Of a stretch of DNA of 64,000 nucleotides, positions 48,686 to 59,416 are shown one piece after another. The stretch comes from an uncultured delta proteobacterium (GTDB taxonomy: Bacteria > Desulfobacterota > Binatia > UBA9968). Made by a program: the position numbers and the translations under genes. Position 1 is the stretch's first letter. Each line of letters opens with the position of its first letter. The DNA lies in contig CAVTUQ010000025.1 of the NCBI GenBank assembly GCA_963737905.1, forward strand, positions 160,001 to 224,000, written 5' to 3'. The notes below the pieces were generated by a model. It saw only the letters and a program-made list of their open reading frames with translations, ran no database searches and had not been told where the DNA came from.

Positions 48686-50431
48686 TCATGGACTCTTATC
48701 GCTCTTCCATGCCCTCTCCATCCTTGCCCACGTATCCCTTAATGTTACGGTTCGGTTAAAAACCAGGTGTCCGGGCGAGGAATCGACGTTGTCCACGCAA
48801 AAATAGCCGAGTCTTTCAAACTGATACCGTTCTCCTCCTTTTGCATTCGCCAGAACAGGCTCAACCTTACAGCCGGTCAATCGTTCCAAAGATTTAGGAT
48901 TGATGTTCGTCATCCAATCGGAGCCATCCGAAACGTCATCCGGGTCTTCTTTTGTGAAGAGATGATCGTAAAGTCGAACCTCGGCTTCCAAGGCATGACT
49001 CGCCGACACCCAATGAATCGTCGCTTTCACCTTGCGACTGCTTCGAGATGATCCGCTCTTCGTTTCCGGGTCATAGGTGCAGTGAATTTCTTTTATTTCT
49101 CCTGTCTGGGGGTCCTTCACCACGCCGACGCATTTAACGATATAAGCATACCGCAGGCGCACTTCGCGACCGGGTGACAATCGAAAATATCCTTTGGGCG
49201 GTTCTTCGCGAAAATCGTCCTGCTCAATATAGATCTCTCTGGAGAAGGAAACTTTCCGCGTACCCATGCTTGGATCTTCCGGATTGTTCACCGCATCGAG
49301 TTCCTCAACTTGGCCCGCTGGATAGTTATCGATCACAACCTTAAGCGGTCGCAGAACAGCCATGACCCTGGGCGCGCGTTTGTTCAAATCTTCCCTTAAC
49401 GAGTGCTCTAGCATGGCGATATCCACCGTGCTATTTCGCTTAGCAACGCCGATGCGCTCACAAAAAGTTCGAATGGCTTCGGGCGTGTACCCGCGACGCC
49501 GAAAGCCCGCCAGTGTAGGCATTCGCGGATCGTCCCAGGCAGTCACGTGGCCTTGCTGGACCAGTTGCAATAGCTTTCGCTTACTCAGAGCTGTGTACGT
49601 CAAGTTGAGGCGCGCGAATTCTATCTGTTGCGGGTGGTGGATGCCCAGCTGTGCTAAAAACCAATCGTACAAAGGACGATGGTCTTCAAACTCGAGCGTG
49701 CAGATGGAATGGGTGATCCCTTCTATCGAATCCGACTGGCCATGGGCAAAGTCGTAAGTCGGATAAACGCACCATCGGTCGCTGGTGCGGTGATGGGTCG
49801 CGTGGAGGATACGATACATCACCGGATCTCGCATATTCAGGTTAGGCGATGCCATGTCGATTTTCGCCCTAAGAGTTCGGGCCCCGTCGGGAAACTCGCC
49901 CGCCTTCATGCGGTCGAGCAAGTCGAGATTCTCTTCCACGGATCGTTCCCGGTAGGGACTATTCTTTCCAGGTTCGGTTAAAGTGCCACGGTATTCACGG
50001 ATGTCGTCTGCATTCAAATCACAAACAAACGCCTTGCCTGCCTCGATCAGTTGAATCGCGTATTGGTAGAGCTGCGCGAAGTAGTCCGAAGCGTAGTACT
50101 CCCGATCACCCCAACCGAATCCCAGCCAGCGCACGTCCGCTTTGATGGATTCCACATACTCAACATTTTCCTTGCTCGGATTGGTATCATCAAACCGAAG
50201 ATTGCAGAGCCCATTGAACTCGGCGGCGAGACCAAAATTGAGACAGATGGATTTCGCGTGACCGATATGCAGATAGCCGTTCGGCTCTGGCGGAAACCGC
50301 GTGTGAACTCGGCCTCCATTCTTGTTTTGCTGGAGGTCCTCGATAACTATGTTTCGAATAAAATGAGACGGCGTTTCCTCTATCGGTGCCGCTACAGACC
50401 TTTCACTGCGTCTATTTAAATTCTCGTCCAC
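48686..50431 (-). CDS. glnS: glutamine--tRNA ligase
   Basis: [27 protein letters not shown]; start uncertain. Confidence 0.95.
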   Translation of the reverse strand: MDENLNRRSERSVAAPIEETPSHFIRNIVIEDLQQNKNGGRVHTRFPPEPNGYLHIGHAKSICLNFGLAAEFNGLCNLRFDDTNPSKENVEYVESIKADVRWLGFGWGDREYYASDYFAQLYQYAIQLIEAGKAFVCDLNADDIREYRGTLTEPGKNSPYRERSVEENLDLLDRMKAGEFPDGARTLRAKIDMASPNLNMRDPVMYRILHATHHRTSDRWCVYPTYDFAHGQSDSIEGITHSICTLEFEDHRPLYDWFLAQLGIHHPQQIEFARLNLTYTALSKRKLLQLVQQGHVTAWDDPRMPTLAGFRRRGYTPEAIRTFCERIGVAKRNSTVDIAMLEHSLREDLNKRAPRVMAVLRPLKVVIDNYPAGQVEELDAVNNPEDPSMGTRKVSFSREIYIEQDDFREEPPKGYFRLSPGREVRLRYAYIVKCVGVVKDPQTGEIKEIHCTYDPETKSGSSRSSRKVKATIHWVSASHALEAEVRLYDHLFTKEDPDDVSDGSDWMTNINPKSLERLTGCKVEPVLANAKGGERYQFERLGYFCVDNVDSSPGHLVFNRTVTLRDTWARMERAWKSDKSP

Positions 50432-50558
50432 GGTATTCCCTACAATTCTAGAGATTAACAGGTGCGACGCCATTTGTCATTATGAAACCGCTGCGTAAGA
50501 AGAGTCCTTCAGAGTTCGTGTCGTTGACCCCACTTCGAGTCCTTGTTACTTTGCAGAA

Positions 50559-51974
50559 ATGGCACAGGTTCGCACTCGTTTTGCTCCGAGTCCAACTGGC
50601 TATTTGCATATCGGCGGCGCACGAACGGCTCTGTTTAACTTTCTTTTTGCGGGTCACAACAGCGGCAAGTTCATTCTCCGAATCGAAGACACCGACCGTG
50701 AACGATCAACACCGGAAGCCATCAAGGCTATCCTGGACGCAATGAATTGGCTCGGTCTCGATTGGGACGAAGGGCCATTTTACCAGACGGAGCGCGCTCC
50801 GCTCTACAAGGAAAAGATCCAGCAGCTGCTGGCGGAGGGTAAAGCGTATCCTTGTGTCTGCACGTCCGACGAACTGGATGCCAAGCGGCGGCAGGCTCAA
50901 AAAGAAAAACGAAAGCCCATGTATGATGGCACCTGTCGACCACCGGAAGGCGTGGTTCGGTCGTTACCAAAGGAGAAGCCATATACCGTAAGGTTTCGTT
51001 CTCCGCGCGATGGTTCGACGATTGTAGAAGATGTGGTCAAAGGCCGGGTTATTTTTGACAACCGTGAGCTGGATGACCTTATCCTTGTACGGTCCGACGG
51101 AACTCCTACCTACAACTTTTGTGTGGTCGTGGACGATATTGAGATGAACATCACGCACATCATTCGGGGAGATGATCACCTTGCCAATACGCCCAGACAG
51201 ATACTCCTTTATCACGCTCTGGGCCGCCTCCCGCCGCAGTTTGCGCACGTGCCGTTGATTCTCGGAACGGACAAAGCTCGCCTCAGCAAACGACACGGCG
51301 CCACCTCCGTGATGGCTTACCGAGAGATGGGCTACTTCCCCGAAGCCGTGCTGAATTACCTGGTCCGGCTCGGCTGGTCCCATGGCGACCAGGAAATTTT
51401 CTCCCGAGACGAGCTGATTGAAAAGTTCTCCCTGGAAGCCGTGGGAAAATCAGCCGGTGTATTCAACCCGGAAAAGTTCCTCTGGGTTAACTCTCATTAC
51501 TTGAAGGAACGTCCATTATCCCAACTGGCAGGGGACGTCATCCCTTACATCGCAGCCAAGGGTTATCTCGTTCCTCAGGACAAATCGTGGCTCGAAAGGA
51601 TGGTCAAAACATTACGGGAGCGCTCCAAGACCCTGGTGGAACTCGTTGACTCGGCGGGCTTTTACCTAACGGACGATATCTCCATCGATGAAAAAGCCGC
51701 GGCGAAATTCCTAACCCCAGAAGTCCAGGCGCCTATGATTAAACTAGTCGAAACCCTGACAGCTCTGGATGACTTCACCGAGGCCAATATTGAACGCGTT
51801 TTTTCAGCGGTACTAAAAGAACTGGGGCTATCCATGGGCATGCTCGCTCAACCCGTGCGCGTCGCACTCACCGGCTCTGCTGTCAGCCCCGGCATTCACG
51901 AAGTCATTGCGGTGCTCGGCAAAGACCGCACACTTGGGCGTCTACGATCGGCGCTACAGCGGCTTCAATCGTAG
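50559..51974 (+). CDS. gltX: glutamate--tRNA ligase
   Basis: [24 protein letters not shown]. Confidence 0.96.
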   Translation: MAQVRTRFAPSPTGYLHIGGARTALFNFLFAGHNSGKFILRIEDTDRERSTPEAIKAILDAMNWLGLDWDEGPFYQTERAPLYKEKIQQLLAEGKAYPCVCTSDELDAKRRQAQKEKRKPMYDGTCRPPEGVVRSLPKEKPYTVRFRSPRDGSTIVEDVVKGRVIFDNRELDDLILVRSDGTPTYNFCVVVDDIEMNITHIIRGDDHLANTPRQILLYHALGRLPPQFAHVPLILGTDKARLSKRHGATSVMAYREMGYFPEAVLNYLVRLGWSHGDQEIFSRDELIEKFSLEAVGKSAGVFNPEKFLWVNSHYLKERPLSQLAGDVIPYIAAKGYLVPQDKSWLERMVKTLRERSKTLVELVDSAGFYLTDDISIDEKAAAKFLTPEVQAPMIKLVETLTALDDFTEANIERVFSAVLKELGLSMGMLAQPVRVALTGSAVSPGIHEVIAVLGKDRTLGRLRSALQRLQS

Positions 51975-51993
51975 TGCCCGCCGTTCCTCTAAC

Positions 51994-52022
51994 TTGACTC
52001 TCCCGGACAATTCTTTTAGTTT
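51994..52022 (+). promoter_or_regulatory. sigma70-like promoter for the tRNA pair
   Basis: TTGACT-17-TAGTTT. Confidence 0.5.
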
Positions 52023-52039
52023 AACTTCGCTGTCAAATT

Positions 52040-52115
52040 TGAGGAGTCGGCTAATTGGTAAGCCACCTGACTCTGGATCAGGCGATTGTAGGTTCGAGTC
52101 CTACCTCCTCAGCCA
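52040..52115 (+). tRNA. tRNA-Gln(CTG)
   Basis: TGAGGAG/CTCCTCA acceptor, CCTGA-CT-CTG-GA-TCAGG, GTTCGAGTC, CCA. Confidence 0.96.
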
Positions 52116-52116
52116 A

Positions 52117-52191
52117 GGTCCCATCGTCTAGTGGTTAGGACACCGGCCTCTCACGTCGGTAACACGGGTTCGAATCCCGTTGGGACCACCA
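52117..52191 (+). tRNA. tRNA-Glu(CTC)
   Basis: GGTCCCA/TGGGACC acceptor, CCGGC-CT-CTC-AC-GTCGG, GTTCGAATC, CCA. Confidence 0.96.
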
Positions 52192-52541
52192 CATTGGGTG
52201 CTACGAAGCCCCGCCAAGAAGCATTCGGTAGAGCTTGCGGCTTTTTGTCTCGACTTTTTCGTTCGCTGGGTACAGTGTCGATAAAGATCCGCTTAGCGGC
52301 GTGACCTTCATTCGTGATCTACTCAACGTAGTACCGCTTGATCCTCCTAGCCGAGTGCCGCACCGTTCACCAACGCTTGCTGTTACACGCAAGCTGACGT
52401 AAATGTGCTGAGTGTTTTTAAAGAGGCTTAGCGGCAAAGGTGCGACCGCAACAGGTTTTGAAACTGCAAAGAATTTATTCTCAATTGTGAGATAAAGCGT
52501 GATAAATAAAGACGAGCACCGCGATCGTGCCCATCCCTTCC

Positions 52542-53996
52542 ATGAAAACTAACTCGAAATCACCCGCGCTACAGACAGCAGAAAGGGACAGTATCATCGT
52601 CTGTCAAACCAGCCAGGGCTACAGCGTCCGGGCAACCCCGCTTCGCATCACACGCGATGTGGTCGCTTTTGAGGTCTATAATCCATATAGCATCCTCCAG
52701 CTCTCCGAGGTTCTACAAGAATTCAGAATCATCGTTAATGAAAAGTTGATTTATTCGGGACGTGCAACGGTCAGCAATCTTCTGAACATAGGCATCATGC
52801 TGGTCTGCGAGGCCACACTAGACGAGGGCTGGCTCGAGGTGGATCTTTTCGCCCTGGTCACTCAGCCGAAAAGATTACGGGCTGATTTCATCGATTTTCT
52901 CAAGGAGTGGGAGAGGATCAACATCATTTTGCCTGAGTACAAGGTAGTCTTGGCCGATATACAGAACTATTTTATCGATCTCAACCGTTGGCTGGAGCAG
53001 GTAGAGTTAGGAATCCGCTCCTCATCCTCCCTCGATCGGCGAAAAATGGAGCTCGAGGTCATCCAAACGTTGGCGCCGACTATCCTACCTTCCATCGATA
53101 CCCTCTTTACAAGGTTCGAAGAGATCGCCGACAAAGTACCCGACGAACTCCTGCCGTTCCATAGGACCTACGCCAAACGGCAGCTCCATCCGCAGGTCCT
53201 CTGCTCGCCCTTCGCATACCGCACGTACCATAAGCCGCTTGGGTACGCCGGTGATTACGAAACAGTGAACATGATTCTGCGAGAGCCCCTGGAAGGGAGC
53301 TCGATGTTTGCCAAGACAATAAACACGTGGTTACTGAAACAACCTTCAGCGGAGGCGCATCGAAATCGGATCAAGTATCTCACCGCGCAACTCGTCAAAG
53401 AAACACATCGCATCGCTCAGCAAGGCTCGATCGCCCAAATTTTTAGTATCGGATGCGGACCGGCCGGAGAGGTAAAGAATTTCCTGATTCAAGAAGAGCT
53501 GTCTAACAAGGCCCGCTTCACGTTGTTAGACTTCAACGATGAAACGCTCCAGCATACGGCCAAGGTGCTCGACGAAGCCAAACAACAGCACCATCGCAGC
53601 ACCGAGATCGAGATGGTCAAGAAATCGGTCCATCAGATCCTCAAGGAAGCAGGCAAACAACCGGTAGATCAGAAGTATGATCTTATTTATTGCGCTGGCC
53701 TTTTCGATTATCTCTCGGATCGTGTTTGCAAGAGACTCATGAATATCCTGTACGATATGCTCGCCCCCTATGGTCTTCTCTTGGCAACCAATGTTCATGC
53801 GTCCAATCCCAACCGTAATAGCATGGATTTTTTTCTGGAGTGGCACCTTGTTCATCGAAACCACGCGCAATTGGAGCACCTCAAACCTGATCTCGCGCCC
53901 GAGGGAAGCTTTAGCGAAAACCAGGAAGTGACGGGCGTTAACATCTTTATCGAGGTAAGAAAGCCCAGTGAAACAAGCCATCTGGAACGATCCTGA
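52542..53996 (+). CDS. PhcB-like class I SAM methyltransferase (putative 3-hydroxy fatty acid methyl ester synthase)
   Basis: KPLGYAGDY, AHRNR, SIGCGPA, LLDFN, YCAGLFDYL; long N-terminal region; synteny with kinase and atypical RR. Confidence 0.75.
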   Translation: MKTNSKSPALQTAERDSIIVCQTSQGYSVRATPLRITRDVVAFEVYNPYSILQLSEVLQEFRIIVNEKLIYSGRATVSNLLNIGIMLVCEATLDEGWLEVDLFALVTQPKRLRADFIDFLKEWERINIILPEYKVVLADIQNYFIDLNRWLEQVELGIRSSSSLDRRKMELEVIQTLAPTILPSIDTLFTRFEEIADKVPDELLPFHRTYAKRQLHPQVLCSPFAYRTYHKPLGYAGDYETVNMILREPLEGSSMFAKTINTWLLKQPSAEAHRNRIKYLTAQLVKETHRIAQQGSIAQIFSIGCGPAGEVKNFLIQEELSNKARFTLLDFNDETLQHTAKVLDEAKQQHHRSTEIEMVKKSVHQILKEAGKQPVDQKYDLIYCAGLFDYLSDRVCKRLMNILYDMLAPYGLLLATNVHASNPNRNSMDFFLEWHLVHRNHAQLEHLKPDLAPEGSFSENQEVTGVNIFIEVRKPSETSHLERS

Positions 53997-56652
53997 ATTT
54001 CAGCAGGCGTTCCTCGACCACGAAAGGCAAGTGCGGATCAACACAGGCAAACTTGCTTGTGCACTGGTCGTCGTCTTAATGCCCTTCGGGGTCTTGCTCG
54101 ATTATGCAGTCTACCCCGATAAAGTTGGGTATTTCTTCAAGTTGAGGCTTCTCTGTTCTGTTTTAGTTGGCATTATCTGGCTGGTTCACCGAACGCGCTG
54201 GGCGAGAAACCATTACCGGCTACTCGGACTTCCGATCGTGATGCTGCCAGCCTTTTTTATTGCCTTCATGATTTTCGTTACCCACGGCGCTAGTTCTCCT
54301 TATTACGCTGGGCTAAATTTAATACTCCTCGCCGTTAGTGCTGTGGGACACTGGAGTTTTCGTGACACAATGATCTCTGTCACCAGTGTTATACTCATGT
54401 ATTTCGGCGCGTCCTATCTAAACGCAGCAAACTTTGACATTAGGAATTTCATCAACAATCTTTATTTTCTTGTCTTGACTGGCATTATCGTTGTTGCCGG
54501 AAATTATCTCTATACTCGACTGCTCTTTCGAGAATTCGAGGTTCGTTTTCAGTTGGACAGAAGTCGGCTGATGCTGGAGGAAAGCAACCGAAAACTCCTC
54601 GAGCTGGATCAAGTTAAAAGCCGTTTTTTCGCCAACATCAGCCACGAGTTGCGCACGCCTCTCACCCTTCTATTGGCTCCCTTGCAAACCCTCCTCCAAG
54701 AGCGTGGCTTAACCTTGGACCCTGAAAAGCGCCAGCTGCTTCTCATTATGCAAAGCAACGGCATGCGACTTCTCAAACTCATCAATGACTTGTTAGACTT
54801 GGTTCGGCTGGAATCCGGCAAGATGGAGGTGAAGCGAGATCCCATCGCCCTGGAGCCATTCTTACACGGTCTGGCCAATGCCGTGAAAAAAAGCGCCGAA
54901 GACCGAGGTCTGCGCCTCGAAGTGACCTCCGATCCGGCCATCAGCACCGTGCTTACCGACAGCGACAAGTTAGAACGAATTTTACTCAACCTATTGTTCA
55001 ACGCCCTTAAGTTTACTCCTGCCGGTGGAAAGGTTGAACTTGAGGCAAGGCACGAGAACGGCGAACTGGTGCTGCAAGTTTCCGACACGGGCACGGGCAT
55101 CAGCGAGGAACAGCTCCCGTTTATCTTCGACCGCTTTTGGCAGGCGGACACCTCATCCCAAAGAAAGTACCGCGGTGTGGGAATTGGATTGGCACTGGTG
55201 AAGGAGTTGGTAGAGATCCAGGGCGGGAAAGTCGCAGTCACCAGCGCGATCGGCAAGGGCACACAGTTTACAGTTCGCTTGCCTTACGAGGAGTTGGGTT
55301 GCCAGTTTTCACAGATGGCGGAAGAGGCTGAACGTCTCACTGCGCTTCCATCACCCCTAGTTTCAGCCGGGACAGATGGGAGACCCGACCCCTGGCCGAG
55401 AAATCTCGACAGGCAGGCGGTATTTTATCCCTCCATGACCTCGCTCAGAGAAACGATTCGGCCCGTGGAGACCTCCATTCACAGCGGGCAACCTCGCCTT
55501 CTCATTGCCGATGACGAGCCGGACATGCTCAAGTATCTGAAATCCCAGTTGAGCGTTGACTTTCAGGTGATCGAGGCGGTGGATGGTCAGCAGGCTGCCG
55601 AAAAAGCTAGCCAATTTTTGCCCGACGTGATTGTGTGCGACATGATGATGCCCGAAAAGAACGGACTTGAGGTTTGCCGTGAACTCAGAGAACGGACATC
55701 GACCCGTTCCATCCCTATCCTCTTGCTTACCGCCCGGGCGGATGAAGAAACCAAGCTCGCCGCGCTATCCGCAGGCGCAAACGACTTCATTACCAAACCG
55801 TTTTCCATGACCGAGTTGAGCGTCCGGCTGAAAAATCTTTTTGATACTCACAACCTGCAGCAGGAACTTGCCCGCCAGAACCAAATTCTCGAGGCCACAA
55901 TCGAGCAGCTGAAAGAGACCGAAGTCCAATTGGTGCACTCAGAAAAACTGGCATCACTAGGACGCATGAGCGCCGGCATTATTCATGAAATCAACAATCC
56001 GCTCAATTTCGCGAAAACCGCACTGTATGTGCTGCGCATTATGACTGAGTCATTGGGCGGAAATGAGAAAAAAGAATTTCGAGAGGTTCTCGAAGATATG
56101 GGCGAGGGTATCAATCGCATCAGCGGCATCGTATCGGATCTCCGCACTTTCACGCAACCCCATTTAACCCAACCCGAGACAGTTTCCGCTATGGAAGTGG
56201 TCAATTCGGCCTTGCGCCTCCTGAGTAACGAGTGGGAGAACAAAGTGAGAGTTGAAAAGGAAATCCCGGAAAACCAGACCATCTGGGCCAATCGCAACCA
56301 GATCACCCAAGTTCTGGTGAACCTGCTGCAAAATGCCCTGCATGCGCTGGCAAAGAAGCATTGCTCTGAAACTGGAGCCACCATCTGGATTCGCGGCCTC
56401 GAGGAAAACGGCGAGAGCCTCATTATCCTCCGGGATAATGGCGAAGGGATTACTTCTGAAAATCTTCCGAAAATTTTCGATCCGTTTTTTACTACCAAAG
56501 ATGTGGGTGAGGGCATGGGACTTGGGCTTAGTATCTGTTACCGTATCATGAAGCAGCACGGCGGGCGCATCCAGGTGCAGAGCGAACCCGGTACCTATTC
56601 CGTATTCACATTACACTTTCCACAGAAACCAATAAACTCAATGCCCGCTTGA
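53968..56652 (+). CDS. PhcS-like membrane sensor with TM-HK-REC-HK architecture
   Basis: About 6 TM; SHELRTPL + HATPase; REC (ADDE, CDMMMP, KPF); HEINNPL + second HATPase. Confidence 0.88.
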   Translation: MKQAIWNDPEFQQAFLDHERQVRINTGKLACALVVVLMPFGVLLDYAVYPDKVGYFFKLRLLCSVLVGIIWLVHRTRWARNHYRLLGLPIVMLPAFFIAFMIFVTHGASSPYYAGLNLILLAVSAVGHWSFRDTMISVTSVILMYFGASYLNAANFDIRNFINNLYFLVLTGIIVVAGNYLYTRLLFREFEVRFQLDRSRLMLEESNRKLLELDQVKSRFFANISHELRTPLTLLLAPLQTLLQERGLTLDPEKRQLLLIMQSNGMRLLKLINDLLDLVRLESGKMEVKRDPIALEPFLHGLANAVKKSAEDRGLRLEVTSDPAISTVLTDSDKLERILLNLLFNALKFTPAGGKVELEARHENGELVLQVSDTGTGISEEQLPFIFDRFWQADTSSQRKYRGVGIGLALVKELVEIQGGKVAVTSAIGKGTQFTVRLPYEELGCQFSQMAEEAERLTALPSPLVSAGTDGRPDPWPRNLDRQAVFYPSMTSLRETIRPVETSIHSGQPRLLIADDEPDMLKYLKSQLSVDFQVIEAVDGQQAAEKASQFLPDVIVCDMMMPEKNGLEVCRELRERTSTRSIPILLLTARADEETKLAALSAGANDFITKPFSMTELSVRLKNLFDTHNLQQELARQNQILEATIEQLKETEVQLVHSEKLASLGRMSAGIIHEINNPLNFAKTALYVLRIMTESLGGNEKKEFREVLEDMGEGINRISGIVSDLRTFTQPHLTQPETVSAMEVVNSALRLLSNEWENKVRVEKEIPENQTIWANRNQITQVLVNLLQNALHALAKKHCSETGATIWIRGLEENGESLIILRDNGEGITSENLPKIFDPFFTTKDVGEGMGLGLSICYRIMKQHGGRIQVQSEPGTYSVFTLHFPQKPINSMPA

Positions 56653-56661
56653 GGAGAAATT

Positions 56662-57924
56662 ATGGAGATTTTTTACGACTATCAGAACTGCGCAATTCTT
56701 TATGTAGACGACGAAGAAATGTCGCTCAAATATTTTACCCGAGCCTTTGGAAGTAAATTCCGGGTTTTCAGCGCGGCCAACGCCTCTGACGGTTACCGGC
56801 TCCTGGAACAACATCGACATGAGATCGGGCTTCTGATGACGGACCAGCGGATGCCGGGTGAAAAAGGAGTGCAATTTTTAGAGCGAGCGCGCCAATTGCA
56901 TCCGCGGGCGATTCGTATTCTGACCACGGCGTACTCCGATCTCGATGTCGCCATCGAGGCGGTCAACTCGGGGGCCATTTATAAATATGTCACCAAGCCC
57001 TGGGACATTCCTCAGCTGGAGGTGACTCTTCGGCGGGCCTTGGAATTTTTTATTGTCCAGCGGGAGAGAGATCTACTTCTCAAAGAAAAGCTTTCAGCGC
57101 TGCAGAGGATGTTGATCACCGACCGGGTCCTCAGTTTGGGAATTCTGGCCGCCCGACTGGGCCACTATATGCGCAATTCACTCGTCGCTGTTCGAACCTT
57201 TTTGGATCTCGCTCCGGAGAAGCTCCTCGAGGAAAAGGTCGATGCGGAACGCATGCGAAATCCAAACTTTTGGAAGGAGTTCTACGAGCAAGCCCAGGTT
57301 CAAATCCGACGCATTACAGGTTTATTAACCGACCTCGTCATTGCGACTGAAAGAAGCGACTCCCCGAGCCTCCAGGAATTGCAACTGGATGAAACCGTTG
57401 CAGGTAGCGTTGAAAAGTTAAAAGACAGTTTGTTACAAAATGGTATCACGGTCATGAATCAAATTCCCGCCGGGCTCCCGCTCTTATTGGTGGAGCATGA
57501 AAAATTTCAACGTCTCTTCGACCTGCTGCTGAAGGATGAGATCATCAGCTTGCCCCCCGGAAGTCACATCTTCCTCACCGCACGCTTGGGCTCCGGGGCA
57601 GAGGAAGAAGTGGAATTTGAGCTGCGGGATGACGGTCCGGGGCTACCTAGAGAGGCGCTACGTTCGGTATTCGATCCCTTTTCTCTTCCCATAGGGGACC
57701 ACCATGAATTCGGTATTAATCTTATGGCCTGTTACTTCATCATCTATCATCACGGCGGGAGAATCGACGTCCAAAACCAAGAGGGTCAGGGTGTCACTTT
57801 CACCCTGACCTTTCCCGTGCGACCGAAAATGGCCTCACCCGAGGAAGAGGAGGAGGCCTTTATCACCAAAGTACTGATGAATGATGCGTTCTGGGAAAGA
57901 CTAGTGGCTGGCGAGAGCCAATAG
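56662..57924 (+). CDS. PhcR-like response regulator (REC + degenerate kinase-like output)
   Basis: YVDDE, TDQRMPG, KPWD; GHYMRNS; DDGPG..FDPF..FGINL; no HTH. Confidence 0.8.
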   Translation: MEIFYDYQNCAILYVDDEEMSLKYFTRAFGSKFRVFSAANASDGYRLLEQHRHEIGLLMTDQRMPGEKGVQFLERARQLHPRAIRILTTAYSDLDVAIEAVNSGAIYKYVTKPWDIPQLEVTLRRALEFFIVQRERDLLLKEKLSALQRMLITDRVLSLGILAARLGHYMRNSLVAVRTFLDLAPEKLLEEKVDAERMRNPNFWKEFYEQAQVQIRRITGLLTDLVIATERSDSPSLQELQLDETVAGSVEKLKDSLLQNGITVMNQIPAGLPLLLVEHEKFQRLFDLLLKDEIISLPPGSHIFLTARLGSGAEEEVEFELRDDGPGLPREALRSVFDPFSLPIGDHHEFGINLMACYFIIYHHGGRIDVQNQEGQGVTFTLTFPVRPKMASPEEEEEAFITKVLMNDAFWERLVAGESQ

Positions 57925-58362
57925 TTAACGCAACAAATCCAAGCAATAAAACAGCCTGTTTCGCCCAGTTGGTTTTCTTAGTGGAGGGGTTGGCATGCCG
58001 TGAGACTAAAACCATAAGATTACTATCCACGCGATAGCGCACCCACCCAACAGTCCAAATATTTTCGCTTTTTATGTCTCGCCTGACTCATGGCTCTTGT
58101 CTGCCATCAAGGCTCGCGGGCCCATCTGACGGAACCGGCGGCCTCGGCACTGCAGCGCGACGATCGGGCTTGCGTAATGCCCGGCGCATAGAGGGAGCTT
58201 GATCTCTCGCGATAAGTCCTCCGCGAGCTGAGTTCTGACGAGGAAACCGGATGCGTGAGGCAACTGCTTTGGGATTTCACATCCCAGATCCCGTTTTATA
58301 CAGGGGTAAAGAATTCGCTTAGAAAGCCTTCTAATAAAATAAAAAATTTGGTATCTAAGCCC

Positions 58363-59247
58363 ATGGCTCGGAACGCCTTCGACGTGCAAGGATATCTGCT
58401 CGAGAGTAAATTGCTCGTTGACCGTGCATTGGACCGTTACCTTAAACCAAACCACAAAATGTCTCTTCTTCGTCAAGCCGTTTGTTACAGTGTCTTAGAC
58501 GGAGGCAAACGGTTCCGTCCGACATTGACATTGGCCGTGGGGGAATTGTTTGGTGCCAAACGGAGAATTTTGTTGTCTTTTGCTTGCGCCATTGAACTAA
58601 TTCATTGCTATTCACTGATCCACGACGACCTGCCGGCGCTGGATAATGACGATTTGCGTCGGGGAAAACTGTCGTGCCACAAACGGTTTGGCGAAGCGAT
58701 CGCCCTTTTGGCCGGAGATGCACTACTCACGGAAGCCTTCTTCGTGATGTCGGATCCCCGGGTGGCACGGCTGTTAGGCGCTCCCCTGATCTCAAAGCTT
58801 ATTCGAGAGGTCTCTGACGCCGCCAGCATTAGAGGAATGATTGGCGGACAGAGTACCGAGCTCGAATTAGTCAAGCGTAAGGTCACGCCCGCTGTTCTAG
58901 AAGGCCTGGACCGTTTGAAGACCGGCGCGTTGATCACCACAGCGGCCCGTGTCGGAGCGATGATCGGCGGCGCATCACGCAGAGATCTCAACAGGGTTAC
59001 TCGATACGCACAATCTTTGGGTTTGGCGTTTCAGATCACAGATGACATTTTGGACGCCCACGAAGTTTCCCGCGACAACTCGAATCACAAAGGGATAGCC
59101 AATTATGTATCCGTAACGGGACCCGGCAGAGCGAATGAACGTGTTAAAAGCCTTTTGACAGCCTGCTTGAGAGAAATGCAGCCTTACGGCAGTGCAGCGG
59201 AACCTTTGCGAGAAATTGCCCGCTACGTGGCCCAAAGAACAGCGTAA
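58363..59247 (+). CDS. polyprenyl (farnesyl/geranylgeranyl) diphosphate synthase
   Basis: GGKRFRP, HDDLPALD..RRG, KTG, FQITDD. Confidence 0.9.
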   Translation: MARNAFDVQGYLLESKLLVDRALDRYLKPNHKMSLLRQAVCYSVLDGGKRFRPTLTLAVGELFGAKRRILLSFACAIELIHCYSLIHDDLPALDNDDLRRGKLSCHKRFGEAIALLAGDALLTEAFFVMSDPRVARLLGAPLISKLIREVSDAASIRGMIGGQSTELELVKRKVTPAVLEGLDRLKTGALITTAARVGAMIGGASRRDLNRVTRYAQSLGLAFQITDDILDAHEVSRDNSNHKGIANYVSVTGPGRANERVKSLLTACLREMQPYGSAAEPLREIARYVAQRTA

Positions 59248-59416
59248 GACGGGGAAGCGTAATCTGATCGATTCGTGAAATCGGAGGGCAGAAAAAAGGA
59301 CAAGGAGCTAGACATGGGCTCCGAATCGACGTAAAGGGGAATAGATCGGATCAACAACACTAAGGAGTTAAACCGCGAGGTTGCCAGCCTTAGCCCTATG
59401 AAAGGGAGGATGAAAC

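Noticed and set aside
58072-58476. 134-aa minus-strand ORF
   Set aside because: Overlaps the prenyl synthase antisense and has no recognisable motifs
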